Positions 21,801 through 26,946 of a stretch of DNA of 64,000 nucleotides are shown piece after piece. The stretch is from NCBI GenBank assembly GCA_965238275.1, contig OZ250186.1, positions 1,248,001 to 1,312,000 of the forward strand, given 5' to 3'. The stretch's first letter is position 1. Every line of letters starts with the position of its first letter. Position numbers and translations under genes: made by a program. Origin of the DNA: Nitrosopumilus sp. Its GTDB lineage: Archaea; Thermoproteota; Nitrososphaeria; Nitrososphaerales; Nitrosopumilaceae. A model generated the notes under the pieces. That model did not search any database, was not told where the DNA came from, and worked only from the letters and a program-made list of their open reading frames with translations.

Positions 21801-22376
21801 GCCATGGACGCCCTCCTGTCGTACAACGCGTCTGCGCCGCTTGGGCCGGTGGGTGGTTCGGTAGCGCTTGGCTACCCGTCGCCGCCCCAAACAAATAGGT
21901 GCCTGCCGGGCACCAATGCGGGCCTTGACAGCGCCGCAGATGCGTTTGACTACCCGCTCCGGATAAACTCAGCCGAGTACGCGCTTGGCGGGCTGGCCAA
22001 CACGCTCGTGCCGCACGAGATAACGTCGGGGGAGACCGCCCTGGTCGGGTTTACGGCCTACGAGTCTACGGAGATTGTCCATTTTGCGCTGTACCTTAAC
22101 CTGCGCGACGACTCGGCATCGTACGCCGAGAGCGACACGCACGTCGCGTACAACCACGGAAAAGTCACGGTATCCGATCCGCACGACTACGTCGCGCACG
22201 CCTCGATCACCGTGGAGCCCGACGGGGCGCTGCCGTACAAAAAGACGATCCGCGTTGTGGTGGAGTTCAACGGCGGCGGCGGGGACGGCCACGCCGGGGT
22301 GAGGCATGGGCGTGACCAACATGGTCGCGCGCATGTGGGACTCTCATGGCGGCCTCACGAGCATACTCGTGTTTGA
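3876..22376 (+). CDS. Giant (6166 aa) surface protein: S8 subtilisin-like protease, six DUF285/BspA-like cassettes, one FN3, ~20 PKD/REJ-like Ig repeats; frameshifted before its C-terminal domain
   Basis: N-terminal hydrophobic segment. Catalytic motifs VAVIDS (Asp codon 4686), HGGLVA (His 4809), AGN and GTSFSAP (Ser 5334). 25-aa MF..A..F.G.LSGW repeats and P.VDAG.DQ...EG.TV.L.GTA.D repeats. Confidence 0.9.
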   Translation: MRDIMLNRHDPDPRPSPTWFRGRRRVWLLAVSVLVAATGAVIHVPEHAFEQDVLDPGAMPAPDGAEPAWYQQQQQQPGHAFAQTASPEEIGVPEKFEGQFYEQILALAGAGAQQQRPGTDAGTKTPPAGGDGDAGRDFGIPPYNFDGDDVFITPDDDVLYHTVVIIVAKYGPDGADISGQQKAGVVGELELAGARDISAAQTLPFVTASVPVDMIIGLSLLGEVRLIGDGQIQMHSDASDPIATINATAAALATARGTTANGTGITVAVIDSELVNHPMVRDKITGYVDCTSSPCSNVAAPTAPTHHSDLTHGGLVAHYIGTSGHLLYNGIAPGAEIISIAAGSHIAGTYRSFDWVATNDVDVVNLSLDSVSRCSDLPGPSAYRTILDDTVLLGTVVSISAGNSGPGYGTLGLSCSYNTIHVGGIDDRDAAAITMYDSSSRGPYGNTEGPISTHQLHPVMKPEIVAPAVQVPIAINATTYGRASGTSFSAPQVSAAAAVLIGENGDLGPEGVRAALFLGADWQGPNSCTSAQFEQDDPEDNCSHARQPLGDDAKSLEILNNAGFGILNVGRSLHYALQGDGGMGRHIVAGDLFGGDQLQYQFDVAAANATEPVKVILTWLNNPYDVIHYDRDTGAVVVEYASIYNLDFSVDCPGMDTVHANSVRQNNEFAVFVPVQAGTCTVQVERLDAGNDVKGFALASTVHLHRSPSMSIVSHTPTAIGIKADFGMAIKPDTFTASDIAASVGNVSEPVTGNNQTFTFGIAYRGDKDITVSIPAGAVEYADGRANFEASIVVRKSFTTGWTTTSANQTVGFTMHVSGTATIDWGDGSPDASVTGNGSQTHTYENAGNHAVTIRGDLKAFRFAGGTDTPALLKSVDRWGYAEWSTMNDMFHSATNVVHKATDAPNLSGVKSMRYMFYRAAYFDGNLSGWNTSSVTDMTGMFHGATRFNGDLSGWNTSQVTSMPSMFYKADNFDGNLSGWDVSDVRDMNKMFAQAIVFNGDLSGWNTSQVTYMSSMFQAAKRFNGDISGWNTSSVTDMHNMFDSATVFNGDISGWDVSSVTNMAQMFFLDDDFNGDISGWDTSSVGVMSGMFAGATNFNRDISGWDVSKVFVMKDMFKAATSFDQNLGPWYVVAGGTTVVLWPDVPLGPRDIGRITLTSSAPGTIHASWAAPAENPANYRISWAKVGDDFLTYIDHTGNAFPTEPRHTITGLEGGEEYKVMVRASNGDWSGEVTITVAEPPDSSQSVEDPPPSITVDRAALPGKVATLYAQNDVLTRHNPYYAIETGHDSAHFRIIDGNVLDMTTPNPACTVCAVNVTASGDAVFEDGNNWRIIRVMLVGEAPAFVTTWQATDTDRTITIPVGDSVASYDIDWGDGNTGDGLTGSQTHNYTDTGNYTVTITGGFERIRLNGGSSGTTAEQGNARQLLSIDRWGTISWTDMADAFAGASNMEYRAVDAPVLSRVTDMSHMFEGAASFDGDISGWDTSRVTTMSRMFEGARDFNGNISGWNVSKATGMTDMFSGATNFDQNLGLWYVVPDGATVIDRVGLPGNVATLSAQNGFLDGHDPYYAIGTGYDSAHFRIIDGNVLDMAEANPACTTCTVNVTATGPYVFEDGNNWRIIQVNVVSGTDFVTTWQATDTDRTITIPVGGSKASYDIDWGDGNTGTGLTGNQNHTYTDAGSYNVAISGDFERIRLNGGSSGTTAEQDNARQLLSIDQWGTISWTSMSGAFAGASKMEYRAVDAPVLSRVTDMFHMFEGAASFDGDISGWDTSSVTTMYRMFEGAASFDGDISGWDTSRVTDMRSMFENAASFDGYISGWNVSKATNMTDMFSGATNFDQNLGPWYVVPDGATVIDRVGLPGNVATLSAQNGFLDGHSPTYAIGTGYDSAHFRIIDGNVLDMAEANPACTTCTVNVTATGPYVFEDGNNWRIIQVRLVGDFVTTWQATDTDRTITIPVGDSVASYDIDWGDGKNQTGVTGNQNHTYANAGDYTVTISGDFERIRLNGAAGSGGTTAEQDNARQLLSIDQWGTISWTSMRGAFAGASNMEYRAVDAPDLSRVLSMSSMFVGAASFDGDLSGWNPSSVTTMTNMFKNATNFDGDISGWNPSSVTSMSHMFYGADSFNRNLSGWDVSSVTSMSHMFEGATNFDGDISGWNPSSVTYMNNMFDGAASFNGNLSGWDVSSVHLMFRMFEGAASFDGDISGWNPSRVTSMSHMFYGADSFNRNLSGWDVSSVTDMRHMFEGAASFDGDISGWNPSRVTSMSHMFYGADSFNRNLSGWDVSSVTNMTNMFKNATNFDGDLSGWNPSSVTTMESMFEQAISFNRNLSGWNVSSVTDMHSMFRGATSFNGDLSGWNPSSVTTMENMFEQAISFNRNLSGWNPSSVTTMLRMFYGAASFNGTLSGWDVSSVTDMRHMFEGADSFNGDISGWNVSGVREMNDMFKGATNFDQNLGLWYVVPDDATPTVDRADLPGNVATLSAQNGFLDRHNPHYAIGTGHDSAHFGIIDGNVLNMTTANPACTTCAVNVTASGDAVFEDGNNWRIIRVMLIGEALAFVTTWQATDADRTITIPVGDSVAPYDVHWGDGTTGDGLTGNQNHTYADAGNYTVTITGGFERIRLNGANGSGGTTAEQDNAQQLLSINQWGGVYWADMADAFAGASNMQYLATDAPDLSRVTHMNNMFRGASSFNGDLSGWDVSSVTHMNNMFTLAKAFNGDISDWNPSNVTDMYGMFSSARDFNGDISGWNTSSVTTMYGMFDKASSFNGNLSGWNVSSVTSMHSMFRDADSFNGDLSGWNPSSVTTMTNMFEQAIKFDGNLSGWNVSSVTTMTNMFKKATNFDGDLSGWNPSSVTTMTSMFEQATNFDGDISGWNSSSVTHMNSMFEDARDFDGDISGWDTSRVTHMSSMFAGATNFNGDISGWDTSSVTTMTGMFAGATNFNGDISGWNPLSVTSMRSMFESASKFNQDLSGWNVSSVTDMRSMFKFASSFDGDLSGWNPSSVTSMRSMFEGTTQFNGNLSGWDTSKVTDMDFMFDRATDFNGNLSSWDTSKVTNMRGMFDRATDFDGNLSGWDTSSVTKIQRMFEGATSFNGNISGWDTSSARDMHKMFSGAAAFNQDISGWNVSSATAMTDMFNGAALFDQNLGNWYVVLDDAQIARTDVPVPIGDITAQNGFLDEHRPTYAIGQGGDPNFEISGTELRMKNATAGKYSYVVNVTASGNRVFEDGNNWKVVRVTVTGNTAPEVEAGPDRSVAERSTVYLDGTVTEHDLADALTYKWTHAPDLGITLANSTAVYTTFTAPNVAANTTVTFTLTVNDGTASVSDSMILTITDSENTPPTGVDAGDPQTAPEGSPVTLAGTAMDKDPEDVPNLAYSWSHNFTGTTITLTNGDTLAPSFEAPDVASNTTVQFTLTVNDGTASVSDSMILTITDSENSPPVVNAGDDQRAAEGSTVTLAGTATDDDPEDVPNLAYSWSHNFTGTTITLTNGDTLAPSFEAPDVASNTTVQFTLTVNDGTASVSDSMILTITDSENSPPVVNAGDDQRAAEGSTVTLAGTATDDDPEDVPNLAYSWSHNFTGTTITLTNGDTLAPSFEAPDVASNTTVRFTLTVSDDTEEVSDAVDVTITDVPPPPDAFVTTWTTDVPNQTVTIPASGTYDIDWGDGMTNASATNSSAHTYAVEGNHTVAITGGLEGIRLTPPPLEYDDQKAGNAMRLASIDQWGNATWTTMERAFAGATNMEYRATDAPDLSGVGSMSDMFMSARQFDGNLSGWNVSSVTDMGNAFNGAASFNGDLSGWNVSSVTDMGNMFNGAAAFSQDLDGWNTSSVTDMRSMLSYATVFNGNLSGWNVSSVENMGGMFYHAAAFDGNLSGWDTSSVTAMSSMFNGATVFNGNLSGWNTSNVADMRFMFLNAAAFNQDLSGWDVSSVTRMMQMFSNADAFVQNLGNWYVVLDDASINRASVPGIVGDISAQNDFLGNHNATYAIGQGGDPNFEVSGTGLRMENVTAGKYSYEVNVTASGGAVFEDGNNWKVVRVDAAGNTAPTVSAGDDQKIAEGLTVYLDGTATDLEPEYPLMYDWMHNSTLAIQLGNRSAVDTSFTAPNVAANTTIKFTLTVDDGTAPVSDTVDVTITDSANTVPEVDAGDDQTAVEGSTVNLNGTATDLDPEDVPLLTYEWSHNSTLVISLDDNAILDPEFTAPNVAEDTVVKFTLTATDGMTPVAASMLLIITDSANTAPVVDAGEDQSVPEGSTVNLDGTATDPDTEDTLEYTWSHDSTLAIQLGNSSAVDTSFDAPNVAANTTVTFTLTVYDGMATVQDTMLLHIADSANTVPEVDAGDDQTAVEGSTVNLNGTATDLDPEDVPLLTYEWSHNSTLVISLDDNAILDPEFTAPNVAEDTVVKFTLTATDGMTPVAASMLLIITDSANTAPVVDAGEDQSVPEGSTVNLDGTATDPDTEDTLEYTWSHDSTLAIQLGNSSAVDTSFDAPNVAANTTVTFTLTVYDGMATVQDTMLLHIADSANTAPVVDAGEDQSVPEGSTVNLDGTATDPDTEDTLEYTWSHDSTLAIQLGNSSAVDTSFDAPNVAANTTVTFTLTVYDGMATVQDTMLLHIADSANTAPVVDAGEDQSVPEGSTVNLDGTATDPDTEDTLEYTWSHDSTLAIQLGNSSAVDTSFDAPNVAANTTVTFTLTVYDGMATVQDTMLLHIADSANTAPVVDAGEDQSVPEGSTVNLDGTATDPDTEDTLEYTWSHDSTLAIQLGNSSAVDTSFDAPNVAANTTVTFTLTVYDGMATVQDTMLLHIADSANTAPVVDAGEDQSVPEGSTVNLDGTATDPDTEDTLEYTWSHDSTLAIQLGNSSAVDTSFDAPNVAANTTVTFTLTVYDGMATVQDTMLLHIADSANTAPVVDAGEDQSVPEGSTVNLDGTATDPDTEDTLEYTWSHDSTLAIQLGNSSAVDTSFDAPNVAANTTVTFTLTVYDGMATVQDTMLLHIADSANTAPVVDAGEDQSVPEGSTVNLDGTATDPDTEDTLEYTWSHDSTLAIQLGNSSAVDTSFDAPNVAANTTVTFTLTVYDGMATVQDTMLLHIADSANTAPVVDAGEDQSVPEGSTVNLDGTATDPDTEDTLEYTWSHDSTLAIQLGNSSAVDTSFDAPNVAANTTVTFTLTVYDGMATVQDTMLLHIADSANTAPVVDAGEDQSVPEGSTVNLDGTATDPDTEDTLEYTWSHDSTLAIQLGNSSAVDTSFDAPNVAANTTVTFTLTVYDGMATVQDTMLLHIADSANTAPVVDAGEDQSVPEGSTVNLDGTATDPDTEDTLEYTWSHDSTLAIQLGNSSAVDTSFDAPNVAANTTVTFTLTVYDGMATVQDTMLLHIADSANTAPVVDAGEDQSVPEGSTVNLDGTATDPDTEDTLEYTWSHDSTLAIQLGNSSAVDTSFDAPNVAANTTVTFTLTVYDGTASVSDSMMLTITDSQNTAPVVDAGNNQTASEGSTVNFAGTATDEDPEDVPLLAYSWSHNSTALTITLDDGNTLTPEFTAPNVNADTTVKFTLTVDDGTASVSDSMLLTITDSQNTAPVVDAGNNQTASEDSTVNLDGTVTDPDTEDILEYAWSHNSTLAIQLGNSSAVDTTATIPNVAEDTTVKFTLSVSDGTASVSDSMLLTITDSQNTAPTVNAGDDQEKAEGSTVNLDGTVTDPDTEDTLEYAWSHNSTLAIQLGNSSAVDTSFTAPDVESDTAVQFTLTVNDGTDSASDAMTLTITDVPQGFFTTDITAASPTNDSPITFRVVFGSEIDPATFAVSDLTVTNGAASGIEGAGNGTTFAVGIAPATDGDVTVAIGSGAVRDAHGSSSQNAPASRTVVSDRTPPVLTVPDDAVTRISQHEAYAIPQATCVDGLDPDAVLTSSGMVDTAVPGEYTIEYSCVDGAGNASSDDLTVTVTPASSVPREVVVVVDDQSGGGGGGGTPGNVPPVVDLGTLDKMQYVPLPQGAMDALLSYNASAPLGPVGGSVALGYPSPPQTNRCLPGTNAGLDSAADAFDYPLRINSAEYALGGLANTLVPHEITSGETALVGFTAYESTEIVHFALYLNLRDDSASYAESDTHVAYNHGKVTVSDPHDYVAHASITVEPDGALPYKKTIRVVVEFNGGGGDGHAGVRHGRDQHGRAHVGLSWRPHEHTRV
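6610..15705 (+). repeat. Six arrays of 75-bp DUF285/BspA-like repeats (9, 3, 4, 16, 19 and 8 units)
   Basis: Counted from the translation. Each array is bracketed by an F(V/T)T(T/G)W...WGDG...WG N-cap and a QNLG.WYVV...EDGNNW C-cap. Confidence 0.9.
13961..14675 (+). repeat. 294-bp tandem repeat (98-aa PKD-like unit), about 2.4 copies
   Basis: gaggacgtccccaacctgg recurs at 13965, 14259 and 14553. Confidence 0.9.
16254..20216 (+). repeat. 576-bp duplication followed by 11 contiguous, apparently identical 285-bp units (95-aa PKD-like domain)
   Basis: Unit starts at 17121, 17406, 17691 ... 19971, with one further copy at 16545. Confidence 0.95.
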
Positions 22377-22818
22377 CGCGCTTGACGTGGTTGGCAGGAC
22401 CGTGTTGGACCCCGAGCCGGGAGCCCCGACCGGTACGCTGCCGCCCTGGATGGACCCGGAGCCTGGCCAGACCGGCGCGCTGCCGCCCTGGATGGACCCG
22501 GAGCCTGGCCAGACCGGCGCGCTGCCGCCCTGCGTGGACCCCGAGCCCGTGCTGGAACTCGAGCCCGGCGTGGATCCCGAGCCCGGCGTCGCCGCGGGGG
22601 GCTTTAGCGCGTCCGAACTGCAGACGCTCCGGGACTGGGGCGGCTACTCGTCTGTGTACCTCGACGATGCGGGGTTCCTGGAGGCGTTCGGATTCCAGGG
22701 TGCGTCAGTCCCCGGCTACTTCAAGGGAATGGCAAAGTGGTTCCTAGACGGCACGCTGGACAGGCAGGACCTGATTAATGCGCTGTCATACCTGGAAGGA
22801 CGGGGGGTGCTGGGATAG
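22306..22818 (+). pseudogene. Out-of-frame C-terminal part of the giant protein (DPEP repeats plus helical terminal domain)
   Basis: MGVTNMVARMWDSHGG matches MGMTNMAVRTWDSGG of gene 1, where it is continuous with the preceding domain. The frame break is at about 22300-22306. Confidence 0.85.
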
Positions 22819-22819
22819 C

Positions 22820-23005
22820 ATGGTGGCCAAACATGCCACGATCCTGATGGACGACGAACTGATACGCAAAATAAGGAAGCACCAGGCCAGGATGATGCTG
22901 GAACGCAACGCAGCGTACAGCTTCTCTGATGCCGTAAACGACCTGCTGGCAAGGGGATTGGCGACTTGTACCAAACGCGACAGCGGGGGAAGTGAATGCC
23001 AATGA
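22820..23005 (+). CDS. Small ribbon-helix-helix-like DNA-binding protein
   Basis: MVAKHATILMDDELIRKIRKHQARMMLERNAAYSFSDAVNDLL has a beta-strand followed by two helices, as in CopG/RHH proteins. The ATG directly follows the previous stop codon. Confidence 0.6.
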   Translation: MVAKHATILMDDELIRKIRKHQARMMLERNAAYSFSDAVNDLLARGLATCTKRDSGGSECQ

Positions 23006-23014
23006 ATCGGAGGT

Positions 23015-23395
23015 TCGTGTTTGATGCGCTTGACGTGGTTGGAAGGACTGCGGTGGATCCAGAGCCCGGCGCCCCTGACGGGCTGCCGCCATGGATGGAT
23101 CCCGAGCCCGGCGCGCTGCCGCCCCGGGTGGACCCGGAGCCCGGCGCTACTACTACTGCTGCTGCTGCGGAGGGGGGGCTTTAGCGCGTCCGAACTGCAG
23201 ACGCTCCGGGACTGGGGCGGCTACTCCCCAGTGTATGTAGACGACGAGAAATTCCTAGACGCGTTCGGGTTCGGGAGGACGACTGTCCCCGGCTACTTCA
23301 AGGGAATAGCAAAGTGGTTCATCAACGGGGATTTGGGCAGGCAGGACCTGATTAACGCGCTGTCATACCTGGAAGGGCGGGGGGTGCTGGGATAG
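23015..23395 (+). pseudogene. Duplicated copy of the giant protein's C-terminal domain, frameshifted at a G7 run
   Basis: Paralogous to 22367-22818. G7 at 23172-23178 versus G6 at 22596-22601. Confidence 0.85.
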
Positions 23396-23396
23396 C

Positions 23397-25703
23397 GTGG
23401 TGGCCAAACCCGCCACGATCACGATGGACGGCGAGCCGGCACGCAAAGTAAGGGAGCGCCCGGCACGGCAAAGATCCAGCACCATTCGCCTAAAAGGGCG
23501 GCCGGGCCTTTGGGTCGTGTATGCAGCAGCGATTGCCGCCGGGATTCTGCTGTTGGCCGGAGTGAGTATGGCCGGGGGAGGAGAGGGGGAACTGATCCAA
23601 TTCTCCCAGAATGATCACTGGCTGTCAGTTTTTACCTACTATGCCTTTGCACAAGTGCCTGGCGTCCTGGGACTGACAGCGGCAGGCAGCATCGGCGACT
23701 CGGGCTCCCGCGAGCTTGACGGCGCCACCGGCATTGCCACCTTCAAGTCAGGCGGCAAAACCTATGCCGCTGTCGCCTCGTTTTCTGACGACGGCGTCCA
23801 GGTAATCCGCCTGAACATCTCGCCGACAGTCCACGCCGGCTCCGACCAGGCAGTCGACGAAGGCGAACCCGTCACGCTGTCGGGGACGGCCGTCGACTAC
23901 GAAGGCGACGCGCTGACCTACCTGTGGACCCACGACTCTGACCTGCCAATCAGCCTTACAGACGATACGGCCCTCTCAGCTGACTTTACCGCCCCCCAAG
24001 TCACCGACGAGGACTCCACCGTCACCTTCACGCTTACCGTCTCAGACGGCGCCGCCACCACGAAAGACACCGTAAAAGTCACCATCACCAACATCCTGGG
24101 CGTCGGCCCGACCCTGAGAGTGGGTGATGCAGGCAGCATCGACAGATCAGACGCCCGTGGCCTTAACGCTGCCACCGGCATAGCCACCTTCGAGTCAGGT
24201 AACGCCACCTATGCCACAGTCACCTCGTTTATTGAAGGCAGCGTCCAGATAATCGACCTGTCAGACCCGGACAACCCGGCGGCGGCAGGCAGCATCGGAG
24301 ACTCGGACACCCTCAATCTTGGCGGCGCCGACGGCATAGCCACCTTCGAGTCCGGCACCACCACGTACGCAGCCATCGCCTCGTTTGCTGACAACGGCGT
24401 CCAGATAATCGACCTGTCAGACCCCGACAACCAGAGGGCGGCAGGCAGCATCGGAGACTCGTCCTCCCTTGAGCTTTACGGCGCCGACGGCATCACCACC
24501 TTCGAGTCCGGCGGGACCACGTACGCAGCAGTCGCCTCGTCCTCTGACCACGGCGTCCAGATAATCGACCTGTCAGACCCGGACAACCCGGCGGCGGCAG
24601 GCAGCATCGGAGACTCGTCCTCCCTCGAGCTTTACGGCGCCCGCGGCATCGTCACCTTCGAGTCCGGCACCACCACGTACGCCGCAGTCGCCTCGTTTGA
24701 TGACAACGGCGTCCAGATAATCGACCTGTCAGACCCGGACAACCCGAGGGCGGCAGGCAGCATCGGCGACTCGGACACCCTCAATCTTGGCGGCGCCATC
24801 GACATCGCCACCTTCGAGTCAGGCACCACCACGTACGCCGCCGTCGCATCGTTTTTTGACCACGGCGTCCAGGTGATTGACCTGTCAGACCCCGACGACC
24901 CGACGGCGGCAGGCAGCATCGGCGACACGCCATTCCGTAATCTTGGCGGCGCCATCGACATCGCCACCTTCGAGTCAGGCAACGCCACGTACGCAGCCGT
25001 CGCATCGTCAGTTGACGACGGCGTCCAGGTGATTGACCTGTCAGACCCCTACAGCCCGGCAGCGGCAGGCGGCATCGGCGACACGCCATTCCGTAATCTT
25101 GAAGGCGCCAACGGCATCGCCACCTTCGAGTCCGGCACCACCACGTACGCCGCCGTCACATCGTATTTTGACGACGGCATCCAAGTAATCAAACTGAACA
25201 CCTCGCCGGCAGCCTACGCCGGCTCCGACCAGACAGTCAACGAAAACACCACCGTCACGCTATCGGGGACGGCCGTCGACGACGACGGCAACACGCTGAC
25301 CTACCTGTGGGCCCAATACTCGAACCTGCCAATCAGCATTACAAACGATACGGCCCTCTCGACTGACTTTACCGTCCCCCTGGTCAACGCCAACACCACC
25401 GTCACCTTCACGCTTGCAGTCTTTGACGGCATCACCACCGCAACAGACACTGCAGCAGTCACCATCATCGACGTCGTCCCCAACACCACGCCTGCCATCA
25501 CCATTACCGGCTTCAACCCGGCCAGCATCAACGTGGGCCGCTACTACGCCGACGAGGGTGCCACCTGCACGGATCCAGAGGACGGCGACCTGGACGCCAC
25601 GGTCGTCTCCAACACCGTCAACACCCATTCGACTGGCAGCTACAGGATCATCTATTCATGCACCGACTCGGCGGGCCATACAGTCAATAGACATAATCCG
25701 TAA
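23397..25703 (+). CDS. Surface protein with LVIVD-like beta-propeller repeats and PKD-like domains, 3'-truncated by an IS5-family element
   Basis: TM segment plus YAFAQ; 52-aa repeats ending GVQIIDLSDP. The ORF ends inside the IS terminal repeat, in the middle of a DUF5011-like module. Confidence 0.85.
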   Translation: MVAKPATITMDGEPARKVRERPARQRSSTIRLKGRPGLWVVYAAAIAAGILLLAGVSMAGGGEGELIQFSQNDHWLSVFTYYAFAQVPGVLGLTAAGSIGDSGSRELDGATGIATFKSGGKTYAAVASFSDDGVQVIRLNISPTVHAGSDQAVDEGEPVTLSGTAVDYEGDALTYLWTHDSDLPISLTDDTALSADFTAPQVTDEDSTVTFTLTVSDGAATTKDTVKVTITNILGVGPTLRVGDAGSIDRSDARGLNAATGIATFESGNATYATVTSFIEGSVQIIDLSDPDNPAAAGSIGDSDTLNLGGADGIATFESGTTTYAAIASFADNGVQIIDLSDPDNQRAAGSIGDSSSLELYGADGITTFESGGTTYAAVASSSDHGVQIIDLSDPDNPAAAGSIGDSSSLELYGARGIVTFESGTTTYAAVASFDDNGVQIIDLSDPDNPRAAGSIGDSDTLNLGGAIDIATFESGTTTYAAVASFFDHGVQVIDLSDPDDPTAAGSIGDTPFRNLGGAIDIATFESGNATYAAVASSVDDGVQVIDLSDPYSPAAAGGIGDTPFRNLEGANGIATFESGTTTYAAVTSYFDDGIQVIKLNTSPAAYAGSDQTVNENTTVTLSGTAVDDDGNTLTYLWAQYSNLPISITNDTALSTDFTVPLVNANTTVTFTLAVFDGITTATDTAAVTIIDVVPNTTPAITITGFNPASINVGRYYADEGATCTDPEDGDLDATVVSNTVNTHSTGSYRIIYSCTDSAGHTVNRHNP

Positions 25704-26847
25704 TTAGAAATTGTACATGTCATCCTATATTGTGTAGGTTGTTTGCCGCCTATCCGGTTGCTTCCCGGACCAATAGAACCCTGAGGTTGGCAAATCCGCA
25801 GACGATGTCATTGACGGTGTCGTATTTTTTCAGGCGATTTCGGTAGACGCCACTCATGATGCGAAACCGTTTGACCCTGCGGATGGCGTGCTCTACATAC
25901 ACCCGCATCTTTGAGTGTTTTTTGTTGAATTCCTTCTGTTCTGGGGACAGTTCCGTGCCCCGTGTCCTCTTGTATGGCACCACGGCATCCCTGTCTGGAA
26001 ACTCCTTGTTGATTCCCTGGTATCCGCTGTCTAGAAGCTCCCTTACTTTGGTCCTTTTCTTGTCCTTGCCCCCGTCCTTGCATGGAAGATTCTCAGGGAA
26101 CGTCGGGTGTTTCTTTTTGAATACTGTAAAGTCGTGGATTCTGCCTGGTCTTGTGGAGGATGAGGCCGTCCGTGGCCGATGTGTACTGGACCTTGGATGT
26201 GTGCCTGTGTGCCTTGCCCGAGTAGTGGGACCGTTCCATGTCCTTGCGTCCGGGCCGCTGTATCTGCTGCTCGGATGCATCAATCAGGGCAGTCAGGCCC
26301 GGAATGATCTCCTCAAGATCGTCAAGCGTTCTGGTGGCCTTGATGTCAGAGTATATCTTTGACGGAAGCGGAAGGCACTGCCGGATCGACGGCTCTAGTG
26401 CCCCCATGCTGCGGGACACACTGGCCTGACCCACATGGAACGTCAGGGCAAGAAGATCCTGCGTGGTGTACGTCCTGTAATAGAACAGGACCAGAAGAAA
26501 CCTGTTTTTCAGATCCAGTTTCCACCTGCGTCCGGCGCCCATGCCGCGCACCCTGTCTCTTCTGGAGAGTAGCCTTTGCTCTGCCTTGGGGTATTTTTCT
26601 GTCAGCCGATCTGCCATCAAATCAAATTCGGAGACTCAGTCCAGTGCACCTGATGAACAGATTGGGCTTTTTTGCCAGTTTGTCGTACAATGACATGCTT
26701 TGACATTGGAAATCAGAATAAAACACGACTGACGTATCGTTTTGTTCATTGGGTGAGCCCGAATTGACCTGTAATCCCTGCAACCGACCGGATTTGGTTC
26801 GACAATGTGCCCAATCGCATGGTTATGCCCAATTACGGATGATGTCT
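25689..26847 (-). mobile_element. IS5-family (ISL2 group/DDE_Tnp_4-like) element, decayed
   Basis: 17-bp TIR AGACAT(A/C)ATCCGTAATT at 25689-25705 and 26831-26847. No target-site duplication visible. Confidence 0.85.
25750..26696 (-). pseudogene. IS5-family transposase with two frameshifts (about 26630 and 26150)
   Basis: Segments MSLYDKL..., ...LIDASEQQIQRP...YSGK... and ...GRIHDF...DSGYQG...RVYVEHAI lie in different frames. Confidence 0.85.
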
Positions 26848-26946
26848 CTTGTACCTCTTCCACAGCTTTTGGACCCATCTGACCGAGACGCCCATGCTTG
26901 CTGCAATCTCCTTGTTGCGGGCATTCTTGTGTTTTTGTTGGATGAT

